Of a stretch of 64,000 nucleotides of DNA, positions 29,277 through 39,448 are shown one piece after another. The translations under genes were made by a program, and so were the position numbers. The stretch is taken from the NCBI GenBank assembly GCA_964474435.1, contig CAYYSI010000001.1:190647-254646 (forward strand), written 5' to 3'. A model generated the notes under the pieces. That model searched no databases. It saw only the letters and a list, made by a program, of their open reading frames with translations, and had not been told where the DNA came from. Within the stretch, counting starts at the first letter, position 1. Each line of letters opens with the position of its first letter. The DNA comes from an uncultured Candidatus Saccharibacteria bacterium (GTDB taxonomy: Bacteria; Patescibacteriota; Minisyncoccia; Phycocordibacterales; UBA9973).

Positions 29277-29480
29277 CTACTGTTTTTTGCTTTTAGTAAA
29301 ATATTTTATTGCTAAGACAAGAAATATAATAGAAATCAATAGCAAAAATCCTCCTATAGATAATACTCCTATCAAAAAACAATTATATGAATCAGTTAAT
29401 TTGCAATATATATCTGGCATAAACCAAATTGATGTAAAAGATAAAATAGCTAGCAGTAAATAAATCAAACTTTTTTTCAT
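29277..29480 (-). CDS. Small membrane protein (67 aa)
   Basis: Trimmed from a long ORF that would overlap transketolase-N. Two TM helices. Confidence 0.35.
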   Translation of the reverse strand: MKKSLIYLLLAILSFTSIWFMPDIYCKLTDSYNCFLIGVLSIGGFLLLISIIFLVLAIKYFTKSKKQ

Positions 29481-29481
29481 A

Positions 29482-30348
29482 TTAGTTATGCTCACTCTTA
29501 ATCTTCCCGCCCAACGTTCGCAACTCATCAAGCGCCATATTCGCCTCTTCTTTATTTGGCGCCTTGCCATGCCATTCAAATTTGCGTTCGAATTCTCGGA
29601 CGCCACGGCCTGGGATCGTGCGCGCAATGATGACTGATGGCTTTTCGAATACTGCCTTTGATTTGTGTACGGCGTTGATGATGTCGTCGATGTTGTTGCC
29701 ATCGATTTCTTGAACATGCCAGTTGAATGCTTCCCATTTTTTCGTAAGGCTGTCGAGCGGCATGATGTCCTCGGTATAGCCATCGATCTGGATGTTGTTG
29801 CGATCAACGATGGCGATGAGGTTGTGGAGCTTTTCTTTGCCGGCAAGCATCATTGCCTCCCAGTTGTTGCCTTCGTTGAGCTCGCCGTCTCCGAGTAAAC
29901 AATAGATGTATTTCTGACTCGTGATGCCATGATCCATGCGGTCTGCGATCGCCATTCCTACTGCTTGTGACAGCCCTGACCCCAGAGGACCAGACGACGT
30001 CTCGAGCATTGGGAGCCATTCACGATGTGGGTGACCCTGGAGACGTGAGCCGAATTTGCGAAGGGTTTGGAGTTCTTCTATAGGGAAATACCCGGCATGC
30101 GCCATCGTTGCATAGAGGACGGGGTTGATGTGGCCGTTTGAGAGCACGAGTCGATCACGGTCTGCCCATGAAGGATCCTCGGGCTTGTGACGCAGGAGTT
30201 CAAAGTAGAGTGCAGTGAACACATCTGCCATACCAAGTGGTCCTGCAGTATGTCCACTCCCCGCTTCGAGCAACATCGAAATAATCGATTCGCGAATATC
30301 GTTTGCTTTGATTTCTAATTCTCTTGTGTTGAACTCGCCTGCTGACAT
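29482..30348 (-). CDS. Transketolase, N-terminal subunit (TPP-binding)
   Basis: TPP-binding segments of the transketolase N-terminal half (GHPH...GPLGSG...LLGDGELNEG). Confidence 0.85.
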   Translation of the reverse strand: MSAGEFNTRELEIKANDIRESIISMLLEAGSGHTAGPLGMADVFTALYFELLRHKPEDPSWADRDRLVLSNGHINPVLYATMAHAGYFPIEELQTLRKFGSRLQGHPHREWLPMLETSSGPLGSGLSQAVGMAIADRMDHGITSQKYIYCLLGDGELNEGNNWEAMMLAGKEKLHNLIAIVDRNNIQIDGYTEDIMPLDSLTKKWEAFNWHVQEIDGNNIDDIINAVHKSKAVFEKPSVIIARTIPGRGVREFERKFEWHGKAPNKEEANMALDELRTLGGKIKSEHN

Positions 30349-31028
30349 ATGTGTTTGAGTTCTTTTATTGTACCGTGTATGTCGTTTGATTGAAATACTG
30401 CAGAACCCACAACGAGTGCGGTTGCCCCAGCTTTCGCAAGATCTGCTGCAGTATTGAGATTTACTCCACCATCAACAGAGATAGTTTTGTCTGGAAACAA
30501 TGCCTTTACTTTTTTTACTTGTTCAATAGCGCGCAGATCAAATGTCTGTCCTTGAAATCCAACATTTGCAATGCCCATGCATTGGATGGTGTCGATGTAC
30601 TCGAGATATGGACGCACAAGCTCCGCATCAGTATCAACCCCGATCGCAATACCAAACGTCATGACGTCTTTGTATATAAGTGGCATGTTTTCAAAATATG
30701 GAAGCATCACATCCTCACGCATACTTTCAATATGAAAAATAATTTTTGACGGTCCAAGTGTCATGAATGTATCCATATGCTCAAGCGGATCTTTGACCAT
30801 GAGATCGAATTCGTAGTTTATATTTTCCCATTCGGGTAGACCTTCGTCTTGATTTAAAATAGATGCGAGTTTGTCTTCGTTTTTATTATTGAATGGCCAG
30901 GTGCGATTGGTTGCAAAACTCCCATCCACGAAATCAATCTGCACAGTATCTGCCGCACCACCAAGTTTCTCGATCCCGTTTGGGATATCGTAGTAGCGAA
31001 GTGGAAGGATGGCAGGAATTATTTTCAT
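30315..31028 (-). CDS. rpe: Ribulose-phosphate 3-epimerase-like protein
   Basis: TIM-barrel Rpe-like motifs (QIDFVDGSF, DLMV, SVDGG). Confidence 0.65.
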   Translation of the reverse strand: MKIIPAILPLRYYDIPNGIEKLGGAADTVQIDFVDGSFATNRTWPFNNKNEDKLASILNQDEGLPEWENINYEFDLMVKDPLEHMDTFMTLGPSKIIFHIESMREDVMLPYFENMPLIYKDVMTFGIAIGVDTDAELVRPYLEYIDTIQCMGIANVGFQGQTFDLRAIEQVKKVKALFPDKTISVDGGVNLNTAADLAKAGATALVVGSAVFQSNDIHGTIKELKHICQQASSTQEN

Positions 31029-31029
31029 A

Positions 31030-31467
31030 CTAAAACTTACTCAATCTCCGCACATGCCGCTCATCATTACTAAATGGTGTTGCGAGCCAGATGCGGACTG
31101 CTTCTATTACTTCCTCTGGTGAAAGGTATCGCGCTGCGAGCGAGAGCACATTGGATGCATTGTGTTCACGCGACAGTGTAAGTATGTCAGTTGTACCACC
31201 ATAAAATACTGCAGCTCTGATGCCTGGCACGCGGTTCGCACACATTGCCTCCCCTTGGCCACTTCCACCAAAGATCACACCCATAGAGTTGTCTGGGTCT
31301 TCTGCAACCGCTTGTGCACATGACAGGATGTAATCTGGGTAATCATCGCCATCCATGAGCTCCATTGCACCATGATCAACAACATCTATCCCTTGCTCCA
31401 ACAAATACGCCTTCAAGGCTTCCTTGTGTGAGACTCCAGTATGGTCTGTGGCGAGGTGAATTTTCAT
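31030..31467 (-). CDS. rpiB: Ribose-5-phosphate isomerase B
   Basis: MKIHLATDHTG...RpiB/LacAB family. Confidence 0.8.
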   Translation of the reverse strand: MKIHLATDHTGVSHKEALKAYLLEQGIDVVDHGAMELMDGDDYPDYILSCAQAVAEDPDNSMGVIFGGSGQGEAMCANRVPGIRAAVFYGGTTDILTLSREHNASNVLSLAARYLSPEEVIEAVRIWLATPFSNDERHVRRLSKF

Positions 31468-32493
31468 TTATTTAATCGTCTTCCCTGTCTTGATCACGTG
31501 GTCAACAAGTGTATACGTATACCCCATTTCGTTGTCGTACCAGCCCATGACTTTCACAAGGTTGCCTCCGACGACGCGAGTCATTTCGAGGTCTGCTATA
31601 GATGCATGACGATTGCCGAGGATGTCACTAGAAACCAGCGGTTCATTGGTCACTGCAAATACTCCAGCCCAACGTGGATCACTAGCTGCTTTGGTGAGGA
31701 TTGCGTTTACTTCCTCAGCAGTTGTATTTTTCTTGGAGATGAATGTCACATCAACGATTGATCCTGCAGGAACTGGTACACGGATAGAGATCCCATCAAA
31801 GAGTCCTTCGAGTTGCGGATACGCCTTGGTCACCGCGATTGCAGCACCGGTAGATGAAGGCACAATGTTTTGCGCAGCAGCGCGGCCTTCACGGAGGTCC
31901 TTTTTACTTGGACCATCGACGAGGGATTGTGATGCAGTGTAGCCATGCACAGTGTTGAGGATTGCCTTTTCGATACCAAGTGCTTCGTCCATGATACCGA
32001 TGAGTGGAGATGAAGCGTTGGTTGTACATGATGCATTAGACGTTATGTCACATGTACCAAACTTTTCTTCGTTTACTCCAAGCAATATTGTCTCGCCTGG
32101 GAATGATCCATCGCCCTTGGATGGTGCAGAGATCACTACCTTCTTTGCGCCTTGGTCGAGGTGGGACTTCGCCTTCTCGTACGCCGTGAAGAGTCCAGTT
32201 GATTCAACAACAACATCAACTCCGAGATCCTTCCATGGAAGCTTCGTTGTGTCTTTTTCAGAAATAAACTTCACAACCTTGCCATCAATGGTGAGATCAG
32301 TGCCAGAGACTTGAACATCATGTCCCCAATCGCGATACACCGTGTCATGACGGAGGAGATATGCGAGTGAATCAATACTGCCGAGGTCGTTGACTGCCAC
32401 TATCTCGATCTCAGGTCGCGCCCATGCAACCTTGAGAAATGCTCGACCAATACGTCCAAATCCATTAATAGCTACTTTGATTGTTTTATCCAT
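31468..32493 (-). CDS. gap: Glyceraldehyde-3-phosphate dehydrogenase
   Basis: KVAINGFGRIGR NAD-binding motif and a catalytic Cys region (SNASCTTN). Confidence 0.9.
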   Translation of the reverse strand: MDKTIKVAINGFGRIGRAFLKVAWARPEIEIVAVNDLGSIDSLAYLLRHDTVYRDWGHDVQVSGTDLTIDGKVVKFISEKDTTKLPWKDLGVDVVVESTGLFTAYEKAKSHLDQGAKKVVISAPSKGDGSFPGETILLGVNEEKFGTCDITSNASCTTNASSPLIGIMDEALGIEKAILNTVHGYTASQSLVDGPSKKDLREGRAAAQNIVPSSTGAAIAVTKAYPQLEGLFDGISIRVPVPAGSIVDVTFISKKNTTAEEVNAILTKAASDPRWAGVFAVTNEPLVSSDILGNRHASIADLEMTRVVGGNLVKVMGWYDNEMGYTYTLVDHVIKTGKTIK

Positions 32494-32599
32494 ATGGGGA
32501 AAGTATAGCAGAAAATAAATAAATTCCTCCCCAAGACTAGGGAGGAATTCTCTTTAACCCTTAAAACAACCAACATGAAAATCAGTTGAGATAATATTG

Positions 32600-34021
32600 C
32601 TACGATACCATATCCTTGATCAATTGCAAGGCAAGGGCCGGATTTGCACTTCCCTTCGTCTCTTTCATCACTTGTCCTACCAGTCCTTGCAATGCAGCTT
32701 CCTTGCCTGACTTGTAGTCAGCCACAATCTTTTCATTTGCAGCTATGATTTGCGCAACGACTGCCTTTAGTGCTTCGGGGTCGTTTTGTTGGAGAAGGCC
32801 TTTTTCTTGCGCCATAGCACGAGGAGCATAGGATTCAGTAACTGAAATAGCAGTAAGAAGATCTTTTGCTGTTCGAGAAGTTATTTCATTTCCAACAACC
32901 ATTTCTATAAGTTCAACAAAATGTTTTACTTCTGGAATTTTACCTCCGATTTTTATACGACTCATTAAATCAGACACAATATAGTTTGCAGCAGTTTGTG
33001 CAAATGTAGCGTCTTTATCTGCAATGACAGCTTCAAAGAAATCAGCAAGTGCTTTGTCATATACAAATATTTCTGCATCAGCAGCTTTTACTCCCAGTGC
33101 TTCAAATCGCGCGCGTTTCTCCCATGGAAGTTCCGGCAACTCCTTTTTCATTGTTTCGAGATCAAATGCACTATGGAGCTGCATTTTTGGGAGGTCGGGG
33201 TCTGGGAAATAGCGATAGTCGTTGGCATTCTCCTTGGATCGCTGACTAAAGGTGCTCTGTTTGTTTTCATCCCACCCACGAGTTTCTTGCACAATCTCGT
33301 CTTGACGGCCGGCTTCGTAGAGTGCTTGCATGCGTGCAAGCTCGTATTGGATCGCCTTTTCTACAGACTTGAATGAGTTTAGGTTTTTGACTTCTACCTT
33401 GGTCCCAAACTTCCCTTCCTCATCAGAGATAGAAATGTTTGGCTCGACACGCATCTCTCCTTTTTCGAGGTTTGCTTCTGATACTCCAAGTGTACGGAGC
33501 AAGAGCTGAAGCTCTCTCGCAAAGTTTGCAGCATCTGTTGCGGTGTGGATCACCGGTTCAGTCACCAGCTCCATGAGTGGCACTCCGGCACGGTTGTAGT
33601 CGACGAGTGTGAAGTCACCACGATCATGTTTGGATAGCCCTGTGTCTTCTTCGAGGTGAATGCGGGTAATCGCAAAACCATTCAGTGTGCCACCTGAAAC
33701 AATCGGATATTTGTACTGCGAGATCTGATATCCCTTTGGGATGTCTGGATAAAAGTAGTTTTTGCGATCGAACTCTGAAAAGTCTGCGATGTTTGAGCCA
33801 AGCGCGAGGCCAACCTCTATCACTTTGCGGATCGCGTCCTTGTTTGGCACTGGCAATGTCCCCGGATGAGCCATGCAAATCGGGCAAATATTGGTGTTCG
33901 GACGCGTTTCGTCGGGGTCATTTTTGCATGCGCAAAACATTTTGCTCTTGGTCGACAGTTCGGCGTGGATTTCGAGCCCGATCACTGGGTAGTACGTCTT
34001 CATAAAGACCCAGTATAGCAT
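32600..34021 (-). CDS. gatB: Asp-tRNA(Asn)/Glu-tRNA(Gln) amidotransferase subunit B
   Basis: YYPVIGLEIHAEL N-terminus and a GatB/YqeY C-terminal domain. The start may be the internal ATG at 34003. Confidence 0.85.
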   Translation of the reverse strand: MLYWVFMKTYYPVIGLEIHAELSTKSKMFCACKNDPDETRPNTNICPICMAHPGTLPVPNKDAIRKVIEVGLALGSNIADFSEFDRKNYFYPDIPKGYQISQYKYPIVSGGTLNGFAITRIHLEEDTGLSKHDRGDFTLVDYNRAGVPLMELVTEPVIHTATDAANFARELQLLLRTLGVSEANLEKGEMRVEPNISISDEEGKFGTKVEVKNLNSFKSVEKAIQYELARMQALYEAGRQDEIVQETRGWDENKQSTFSQRSKENANDYRYFPDPDLPKMQLHSAFDLETMKKELPELPWEKRARFEALGVKAADAEIFVYDKALADFFEAVIADKDATFAQTAANYIVSDLMSRIKIGGKIPEVKHFVELIEMVVGNEITSRTAKDLLTAISVTESYAPRAMAQEKGLLQQNDPEALKAVVAQIIAANEKIVADYKSGKEAALQGLVGQVMKETKGSANPALALQLIKDMVS

Positions 34022-34100
34022 ACCTGTAAACCACTTGACATTTAAAGGAATGGATGTAGTATGAAAGAAAAATTCTTAAACAATTTAAATTAATACAACT

Positions 34101-34922
34101 ATGACAGTCGCACCCACATCAACCGACATGCGCCCCACCGACGACACCTTTATGAACACCCGCCTTGTTAATATCCATCATAAAAGGGCGTTTACAAATC
34201 TCTTAAATCAAAAGCAGCGAGATATTGTAATGAAACTTGAAGCAATTGAAATTACGAACCTTCTGGGACTTTCTGAAAAGGAGCTGGGTAAGCGTATGGT
34301 GGAGCTTGAGTTAGAAGATTCCAAAAATGTTATTACACCTGTAGCAAGTCCACCCGCAAAAGCAGTAGCCTCCACTGAGACAGCAAAACCGGTAAAAGAC
34401 ATTGCTATTACAGATCCAAACGAACGCAGGTTGCTGATCAATATAATCAGTATGATCTATAACGTTCAACAAGGAACAGGTGGTTTACCTGGAATGCTCA
34501 GCAAAGCCAAGGAAAGACATGATGCGTTGGTAGAAAAATCATCGAGCTTTCTAAAAGAAATTGCACCGGGCAGTACAACAGTACGTGGTGCTGTGGAAGG
34601 ACATGGTACCATACGAGCACTTTCATCCCTTTTTGGCCTTCACCAATCATCAGGGGAAGTTAACGGATCGAGTGAAATAGATGCATTGGTAACAGTTTGG
34701 GCCCACCAGTACAAAAAAGAATACCTGGGTACCCATCCTGAGATGACTGACATTGATCGCCAGGAAAAGTTTGAATCAAAGAAAAAAGATTTGATTAAGC
34801 GTACGGCCTCCCAGATTGCTGAATTTGGTGCATATACCGAAACTGATTCTTTGGAAGATAGACTGTTTTCCGTGTTTGAAGAAGTAGTTATTGTATTAAA
34901 AGGAGGTATGATGGCACCCTAA
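34101..34922 (+). CDS. Hypothetical protein (273 aa)
   Basis: ORF with a downstream imperfect hairpin and T-run. No family recognised. Confidence 0.4.
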   Translation: MTVAPTSTDMRPTDDTFMNTRLVNIHHKRAFTNLLNQKQRDIVMKLEAIEITNLLGLSEKELGKRMVELELEDSKNVITPVASPPAKAVASTETAKPVKDIAITDPNERRLLINIISMIYNVQQGTGGLPGMLSKAKERHDALVEKSSSFLKEIAPGSTTVRGAVEGHGTIRALSSLFGLHQSSGEVNGSSEIDALVTVWAHQYKKEYLGTHPEMTDIDRQEKFESKKKDLIKRTASQIAEFGAYTETDSLEDRLFSVFEEVVIVLKGGMMAP

Positions 34923-35261
34923 AAGCCATTTAAAATGTTACAAGCCGATCCATATATTTGGGTCGGTTTTTTTATTTGACATATTTTTTGGAAGTAGTAG
35001 AGTGGTAGAGAACCAACTAGTTGTTTAATTTTTAAAAACCCCATTATTTTTATGGCTAAGAAATCCCCAATCTTTACCTGGGACAACCTAGGACCCCTTT
35101 GTCGTCAATTAATTTTAACTGCAGCAGGCGCAAAACATCGTCGGCAGTCAAATGAGAGAACGCATGAAATACCTCATCGACTCCTCGAAATTCGCCCACA
35201 CCCCCTTCCTGGTAGATTAAAATTACTTGCTACGCATTAACAGATTAGCCCACTAAAAAAG

Positions 35262-35292
35262 ATTTAGCCCCGATGTTGTCGGGGCTTTATTG
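35262..35292 (-). terminator. Rho-independent terminator immediately after the obg stop
   Basis: AGCCCCGA / TCGGGGCT stem, U-rich on the minus strand. Confidence 0.65.
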
Positions 35293-36255
35293 TTTCAAAA
35301 TCTTGACCAACTCATCCTTAAACTCCTTCACTCCCCCTTCATCAAACAGTGTCATTGTGAAAATTTGTTTGCCGAGTTTTTCGAATTTCTTTTTTGTAAC
35401 AGCAATGGTTGCCTCATCTACGACGTCAGTTTTGGTAAGCAAAATAATCTCATCTTTTTGGGCGAGGTTGGTGTCGTATTTTTCAAGCTCTTCGCGGATC
35501 GTTTCGTAGCTTTTCATCATATTGGGCTGTTCAAATGACACGAGGTGGACGAGGACCTTGGTCTTTGCAATGTGTTTGAGGAATTTGTGCCCGAGGCCCT
35601 TGCCGTCACTTGCACCTTCGATGAGTCCCGGGATATCTGCAAGGATAAATCCATAGAGATCGCCGAGATTGGGATCAAGGGTCGTGAATGGATAGTCGCC
35701 GACTTTTGCAGTGGCATTGGTCATGGCGTTCAGCAGGCTTGATTTACCCGCATTTGGGAATCCGATGAGTCCAACATCCGCGATGAGCGTCACTTCAATA
35801 TGGAGCTCTGCTTCCTCGCCTGGTTTGCCCAGTGTTGCCTTGTCGGGTGCTTGGTTGGTCGATGACTTGAAGTGTTCGTTACCCTTGCCACCAAAGCCCC
35901 CCTCGAGAATCTTGATCTCCTGCCCTTCTTTGGTCAGCTCGTACGACATACCAGTCGTGGTATTGGTGATCGTTGAACCTATCGGGAACTCGAGATAGAG
36001 GTCTTCGCCATTTGCACCCTTGAAACTGCGGCTGCCTCCAGCTTCGCCATCCGGAGCTGCGTATTCCTTCTTGCCTTTGTAGATGTCGAGCACGCGCAAG
36101 CTGCGGATCGCTCTGATGTACACATCGCCGCCCTGTCCGCCATCACCACCGTTTGGTCCACCTTTGGCAATGAACTTCTCGCGTCTCCAACGCACGACGC
36201 CATCGCCGCCCTTACCTGCCTTTGCACTAATTGTAATCTCATCGAGAAATGCCAT
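35287..36255 (-). CDS. obg: GTPase Obg (short form lacking a C-terminal extension)
   Basis: Obg fold with a Gly-rich N-terminus (GGDGGQGGDV) and G-domain motifs (GFPNAGKS, DIPG). Confidence 0.9.
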   Translation of the reverse strand: MAFLDEITISAKAGKGGDGVVRWRREKFIAKGGPNGGDGGQGGDVYIRAIRSLRVLDIYKGKKEYAAPDGEAGGSRSFKGANGEDLYLEFPIGSTITNTTTGMSYELTKEGQEIKILEGGFGGKGNEHFKSSTNQAPDKATLGKPGEEAELHIEVTLIADVGLIGFPNAGKSSLLNAMTNATAKVGDYPFTTLDPNLGDLYGFILADIPGLIEGASDGKGLGHKFLKHIAKTKVLVHLVSFEQPNMMKSYETIREELEKYDTNLAQKDEIILLTKTDVVDEATIAVTKKKFEKLGKQIFTMTLFDEGGVKEFKDELVKILKQ

Positions 36256-36275
36256 AGACTATGGTTATACCACAC

Positions 36276-37313
36276 TTAACCGATAAGTGGCGTATTTGAC
36301 TTCATCCACTCCAACACATTTTTAATACACACAGATGGATCCGATTCTGAGAAATATCCACCAGAAGCTCGATCATGTCCCCCGCCCACTCCAAGTCGCT
36401 CATGCAAATCACGCACGTTCACACTACCCGGAAGAGATCGTCCTGACATACGACAGGTCTTATCTGTACGTGGAGTGATCACAAATCCCCATCCGTATCC
36501 TTCGACACGCGGCAGGTACTGCCCCATATAGATATGACTTGCTGCAGACACATCTTCATCAGAAAAATTTTCAGCTTCTAGTATTGGCCGAGGTATAAAA
36601 CTGTACTGAACATCAGGCCATCCTGATACGCTTTCATAGCTTGTATTTTTTACCAATTCTTGGAGCAATGGAATAATGCGCTTTGGGATACCGGCGTATC
36701 GGGAGCGAAATGCGTCGATAGAAATACCAACCGTTTCTACAAGATGCTTTGCGATAATAAAAATCTGACTTTGAGCTGGTTTTACATGAGAGAAATTATT
36801 GGTGTCCCCCAAAATACCAAGAAGTATCGTTTCTGCAATATCTTTATCAATATTTTTTTCTACATCGAATGCATAATAGATAAGCTCACACGTAGAGGTC
36901 ATTGTTGGTTCAACAAGCAACAATGTGAACTCGTCGGGGGTAGATGCATGATGGTCAATACAAATAGTTTTTGATACTACTTTCAAATTTTCTGGAGATC
37001 GTGAGAACCTCCCGTATTGGCTTGCATCAAGCATGATGAGGAGATCTATACCTGTGAGATGATTGGCAACATCATCAACCCACTCGATTTTTTCAAATGC
37101 TTCAAACGATTTGTGTCTTTCAGATGGAATCCCTGTGTAGATAATCCGACTACTTTTAGTAGGATATTTATTTGCGAGAATCTGATACACAGATAGTACT
37201 GACCCTATTGAATCATCGTCCGGAGAATAGTGCGATGTGATAGCGATACTATTTGCTCCTTCTACGAGCTGATAAAAGCTTTCTCTAAATGACGTAAAAG
37301 TATTGCTATCCAT
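36276..37313 (-). CDS. DHH-family phosphoesterase (NrnA-like oligoribonuclease / pAp phosphatase)
   Basis: DHH motif ICIDHH and DHHA1 motif GGGHDRASG. Confidence 0.75.
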   Translation of the reverse strand: MDSNTFTSFRESFYQLVEGANSIAITSHYSPDDDSIGSVLSVYQILANKYPTKSSRIIYTGIPSERHKSFEAFEKIEWVDDVANHLTGIDLLIMLDASQYGRFSRSPENLKVVSKTICIDHHASTPDEFTLLLVEPTMTSTCELIYYAFDVEKNIDKDIAETILLGILGDTNNFSHVKPAQSQIFIIAKHLVETVGISIDAFRSRYAGIPKRIIPLLQELVKNTSYESVSGWPDVQYSFIPRPILEAENFSDEDVSAASHIYMGQYLPRVEGYGWGFVITPRTDKTCRMSGRSLPGSVNVRDLHERLGVGGGHDRASGGYFSESDPSVCIKNVLEWMKSNTPLIG

Positions 37314-37315
37314 GA

Positions 37316-37651
37316 TTATTCAGAAACGAAATGACTAACGATCCAGTTGATTATGGAGATGACGAGTGCGCCGATGATTGCTGCGGTAAATGATGCAACC
37401 GTGAACCCTGTGATGATCTGTGCCACAAACCAGAAAAAGATGCCGTTGAGGATCAGTGAAAAAAGTCCGAGTGTGAGTATGTTGATCGGCAATGTGAGGA
37501 TCGTCACGATCGGTTTGATCACCATGTTGATGAACACAAGACATGCTGCAACGATGAGCGCAGTGAGTACGCTATTGACGGTCACACCTGCCACAAAGTA
37601 TGGGAGTGCAAAGACTGCGAGTGTTGTAATAAACCAGCGAAGTAAAATCAT
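37316..37651 (-). CDS. Phage-holin-like small membrane protein
   Basis: 111 aa with four TM helices, resembling the holin-family proteins common in small genomes. Confidence 0.45.
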   Translation of the reverse strand: MILLRWFITTLAVFALPYFVAGVTVNSVLTALIVAACLVFINMVIKPIVTILTLPINILTLGLFSLILNGIFFWFVAQIITGFTVASFTAAIIGALVISIINWIVSHFVSE

Positions 37652-37663
37652 AGCTATAGTATA

Positions 37664-38116
37664 TTACACAAACAACTCTTCGACTATCTTTTTCACTACT
37701 TGCCCGTCCGCATTGCCCGCAGTTTCTTTCATCACAGCACCGACGAGAATGCCGAGCTTGGATTTGTCTTCGATCTTGAGATCTGCTTTCTTGGTTTTCG
37801 CAATAGCGCGAATGTCGTCCTCAGACATTTGTGCCGGTTGGAAATACTCAAGGAGTGCGAGCTGTGCCTTGTCATCATCAGCGAGGTCTTGTCTGCCTCC
37901 TGCTTCAAATTGTGAGATCGCATCTTTGCGCTGCTTGATAGTCTTCTTGATCACTGCGACTGCAATGTCGTCAGTGACTTCGTCCTGAGGAGTCTTGCCT
38001 GCTGCGACAAGTTCATTGGTGAACGCAGAAAGAATTCCTCGATAGGTATCGAGCGCCACCTGGTCCTTGGCACGCATTGCGTCCTTTAGCTTTTCGCGAA
38101 TATCTGTTGAGATCAT
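37664..38116 (-). CDS. GatB/YqeY domain protein
   Basis: 150 aa, YqeY-like pattern. Confidence 0.65.
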   Translation of the reverse strand: MISTDIREKLKDAMRAKDQVALDTYRGILSAFTNELVAAGKTPQDEVTDDIAVAVIKKTIKQRKDAISQFEAGGRQDLADDDKAQLALLEYFQPAQMSEDDIRAIAKTKKADLKIEDKSKLGILVGAVMKETAGNADGQVVKKIVEELFV

Positions 38117-38138
38117 GAGTCGAGTATACCATGCTACA

Positions 38139-38864
38139 ATGATCGGTATGAAAATCTACTTTTTCGATACTGAAACGACTGGAAATACTCCAGATAGTCG
38201 GATTGTGCAACTCGCCATCAAAGAACGTAGCAACGCTACACCTCTTATTAACGAACTCTTCAAGGCGCCAATGCCGATCCCCTTTGAGGCAAGTGCCGTG
38301 CATCACATCTCAAACAAGATGGTTGCCGACAAGCCTCTTTTCAAAGAATCCCCTCGCTATGCCGAGATCAAAGAGCTTTTTGAAAGTCCGGATACGATCG
38401 TGGTTGCACACAACAGTGCCTTTGATGTGGCAATGCTCTCCGCGGAGGATATTCATCCGACCAATATCATTTGTACCTACAAGACCGTCCGACACATCGA
38501 CACCGATACGACATTTACAAACTACAAACTCCAATACTTGCGCTATGCACTCGACATGGAGCTCGACGTTGGGGCGCATGATGCATTTGCCGATGTACTC
38601 GTCCTGGAAAACGTATTTGAGTATTTGCTCAAAAAAATTATGGATGGCGGCATGAGTGAAGCTGATGCCTTGGCAGAAATGCAACGCATCACCAAGGAAC
38701 CTGCATTTATGCGTGAGTTCACCTTTGGCAAACACAAAGGTATGCGTATCGAAGAAGTCGCCAAAATCGACCTCGGCTACCTCTCCTGGCTCCTCTCCGA
38801 AAAGCTCAAGAATCCTATTGGCGAAGAAGATTGGATTTATACTCTGAAACAGTATTTGAAATAA
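38139..38864 (+). CDS. DEDDh 3'-5' exonuclease (DnaQ-like) with a C-terminal ExoX-type domain
   Basis: Exo motifs YFFDTETTG, AHNSAFD and HDAFADV. C-terminal FGKHKGMRIEEVAKIDLGYLSWLL. Confidence 0.75.
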   Translation: MIGMKIYFFDTETTGNTPDSRIVQLAIKERSNATPLINELFKAPMPIPFEASAVHHISNKMVADKPLFKESPRYAEIKELFESPDTIVVAHNSAFDVAMLSAEDIHPTNIICTYKTVRHIDTDTTFTNYKLQYLRYALDMELDVGAHDAFADVLVLENVFEYLLKKIMDGGMSEADALAEMQRITKEPAFMREFTFGKHKGMRIEEVAKIDLGYLSWLLSEKLKNPIGEEDWIYTLKQYLK

Positions 38865-38912
38865 GTTGACGAAATAGAAAAATAGTGTAGAATAGAGAAA
38901 AACTATTTTACA

Positions 38913-39380
38913 ATGATATGCACAATAACGTATGACAAAGATCGAGTAGTTGAGTGGACTCAGGAAGAAACAGATCATAGTGTTGATATATGGAGGAAAT
39001 CGCCAAGTATCGACAAGATCGTAGTCGAATCAGTTGGGAGGAATATACATGCATCAAATTACAATAAATTTAAGTATGATGTTATTCACAGACTGTTTGA
39101 TTACAGAGGTGACAAAAAACCAAGGGCTCCTTTGGAGATCGTCATAGCATGTGACCACCATGTTCCGATGGGAGAAGCGCTTGATGTTGTTATTTCCCCA
39201 TTAAAAGCTTGGCAGTATCGACGTCGTCACGAATTACAAGAAACCTATGACGCAATCTGGTTTGCCGATCGTATCTATGCAATGTTTACAGGAGGTATTT
39301 TATATTCTGAAGCCCCTCTGTATCAAAACTTAGACCTCTTAAAAAAACTGATCGATCAACTTATCGAGATTAAATGTTAA
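38913..39380 (+). CDS. Hypothetical protein (155 aa)
   Basis: ORF followed by a terminator hairpin at 39396-39427. Confidence 0.4.
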   Translation: MICTITYDKDRVVEWTQEETDHSVDIWRKSPSIDKIVVESVGRNIHASNYNKFKYDVIHRLFDYRGDKKPRAPLEIVIACDHHVPMGEALDVVISPLKAWQYRRRHELQETYDAIWFADRIYAMFTGGILYSEAPLYQNLDLLKKLIDQLIEIKC

Positions 39381-39448
39381 AAATTGTTTGACCTTAAGAG
39401 CCGCCCCGTAGCGGCTCTTTTCATTTCCCCTCGTGTTACAATTGCCCT

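Noticed and set aside
29481-29846. Upstream part of the 189-aa ORF 29277-29846
   Set aside because: Overlaps the transketolase N-terminal subunit gene in another frame. Only the terminal 67-aa membrane-protein portion is retained.
37347-37988. 213-aa plus-strand ORF
   Set aside because: Antisense across the holin-like and GatB/YqeY genes, with low-complexity Ser/Ala/Thr composition.
38310-38978. 222-aa minus-strand ORF
   Set aside because: Antisense to the DEDDh exonuclease gene, which has clear catalytic motifs.
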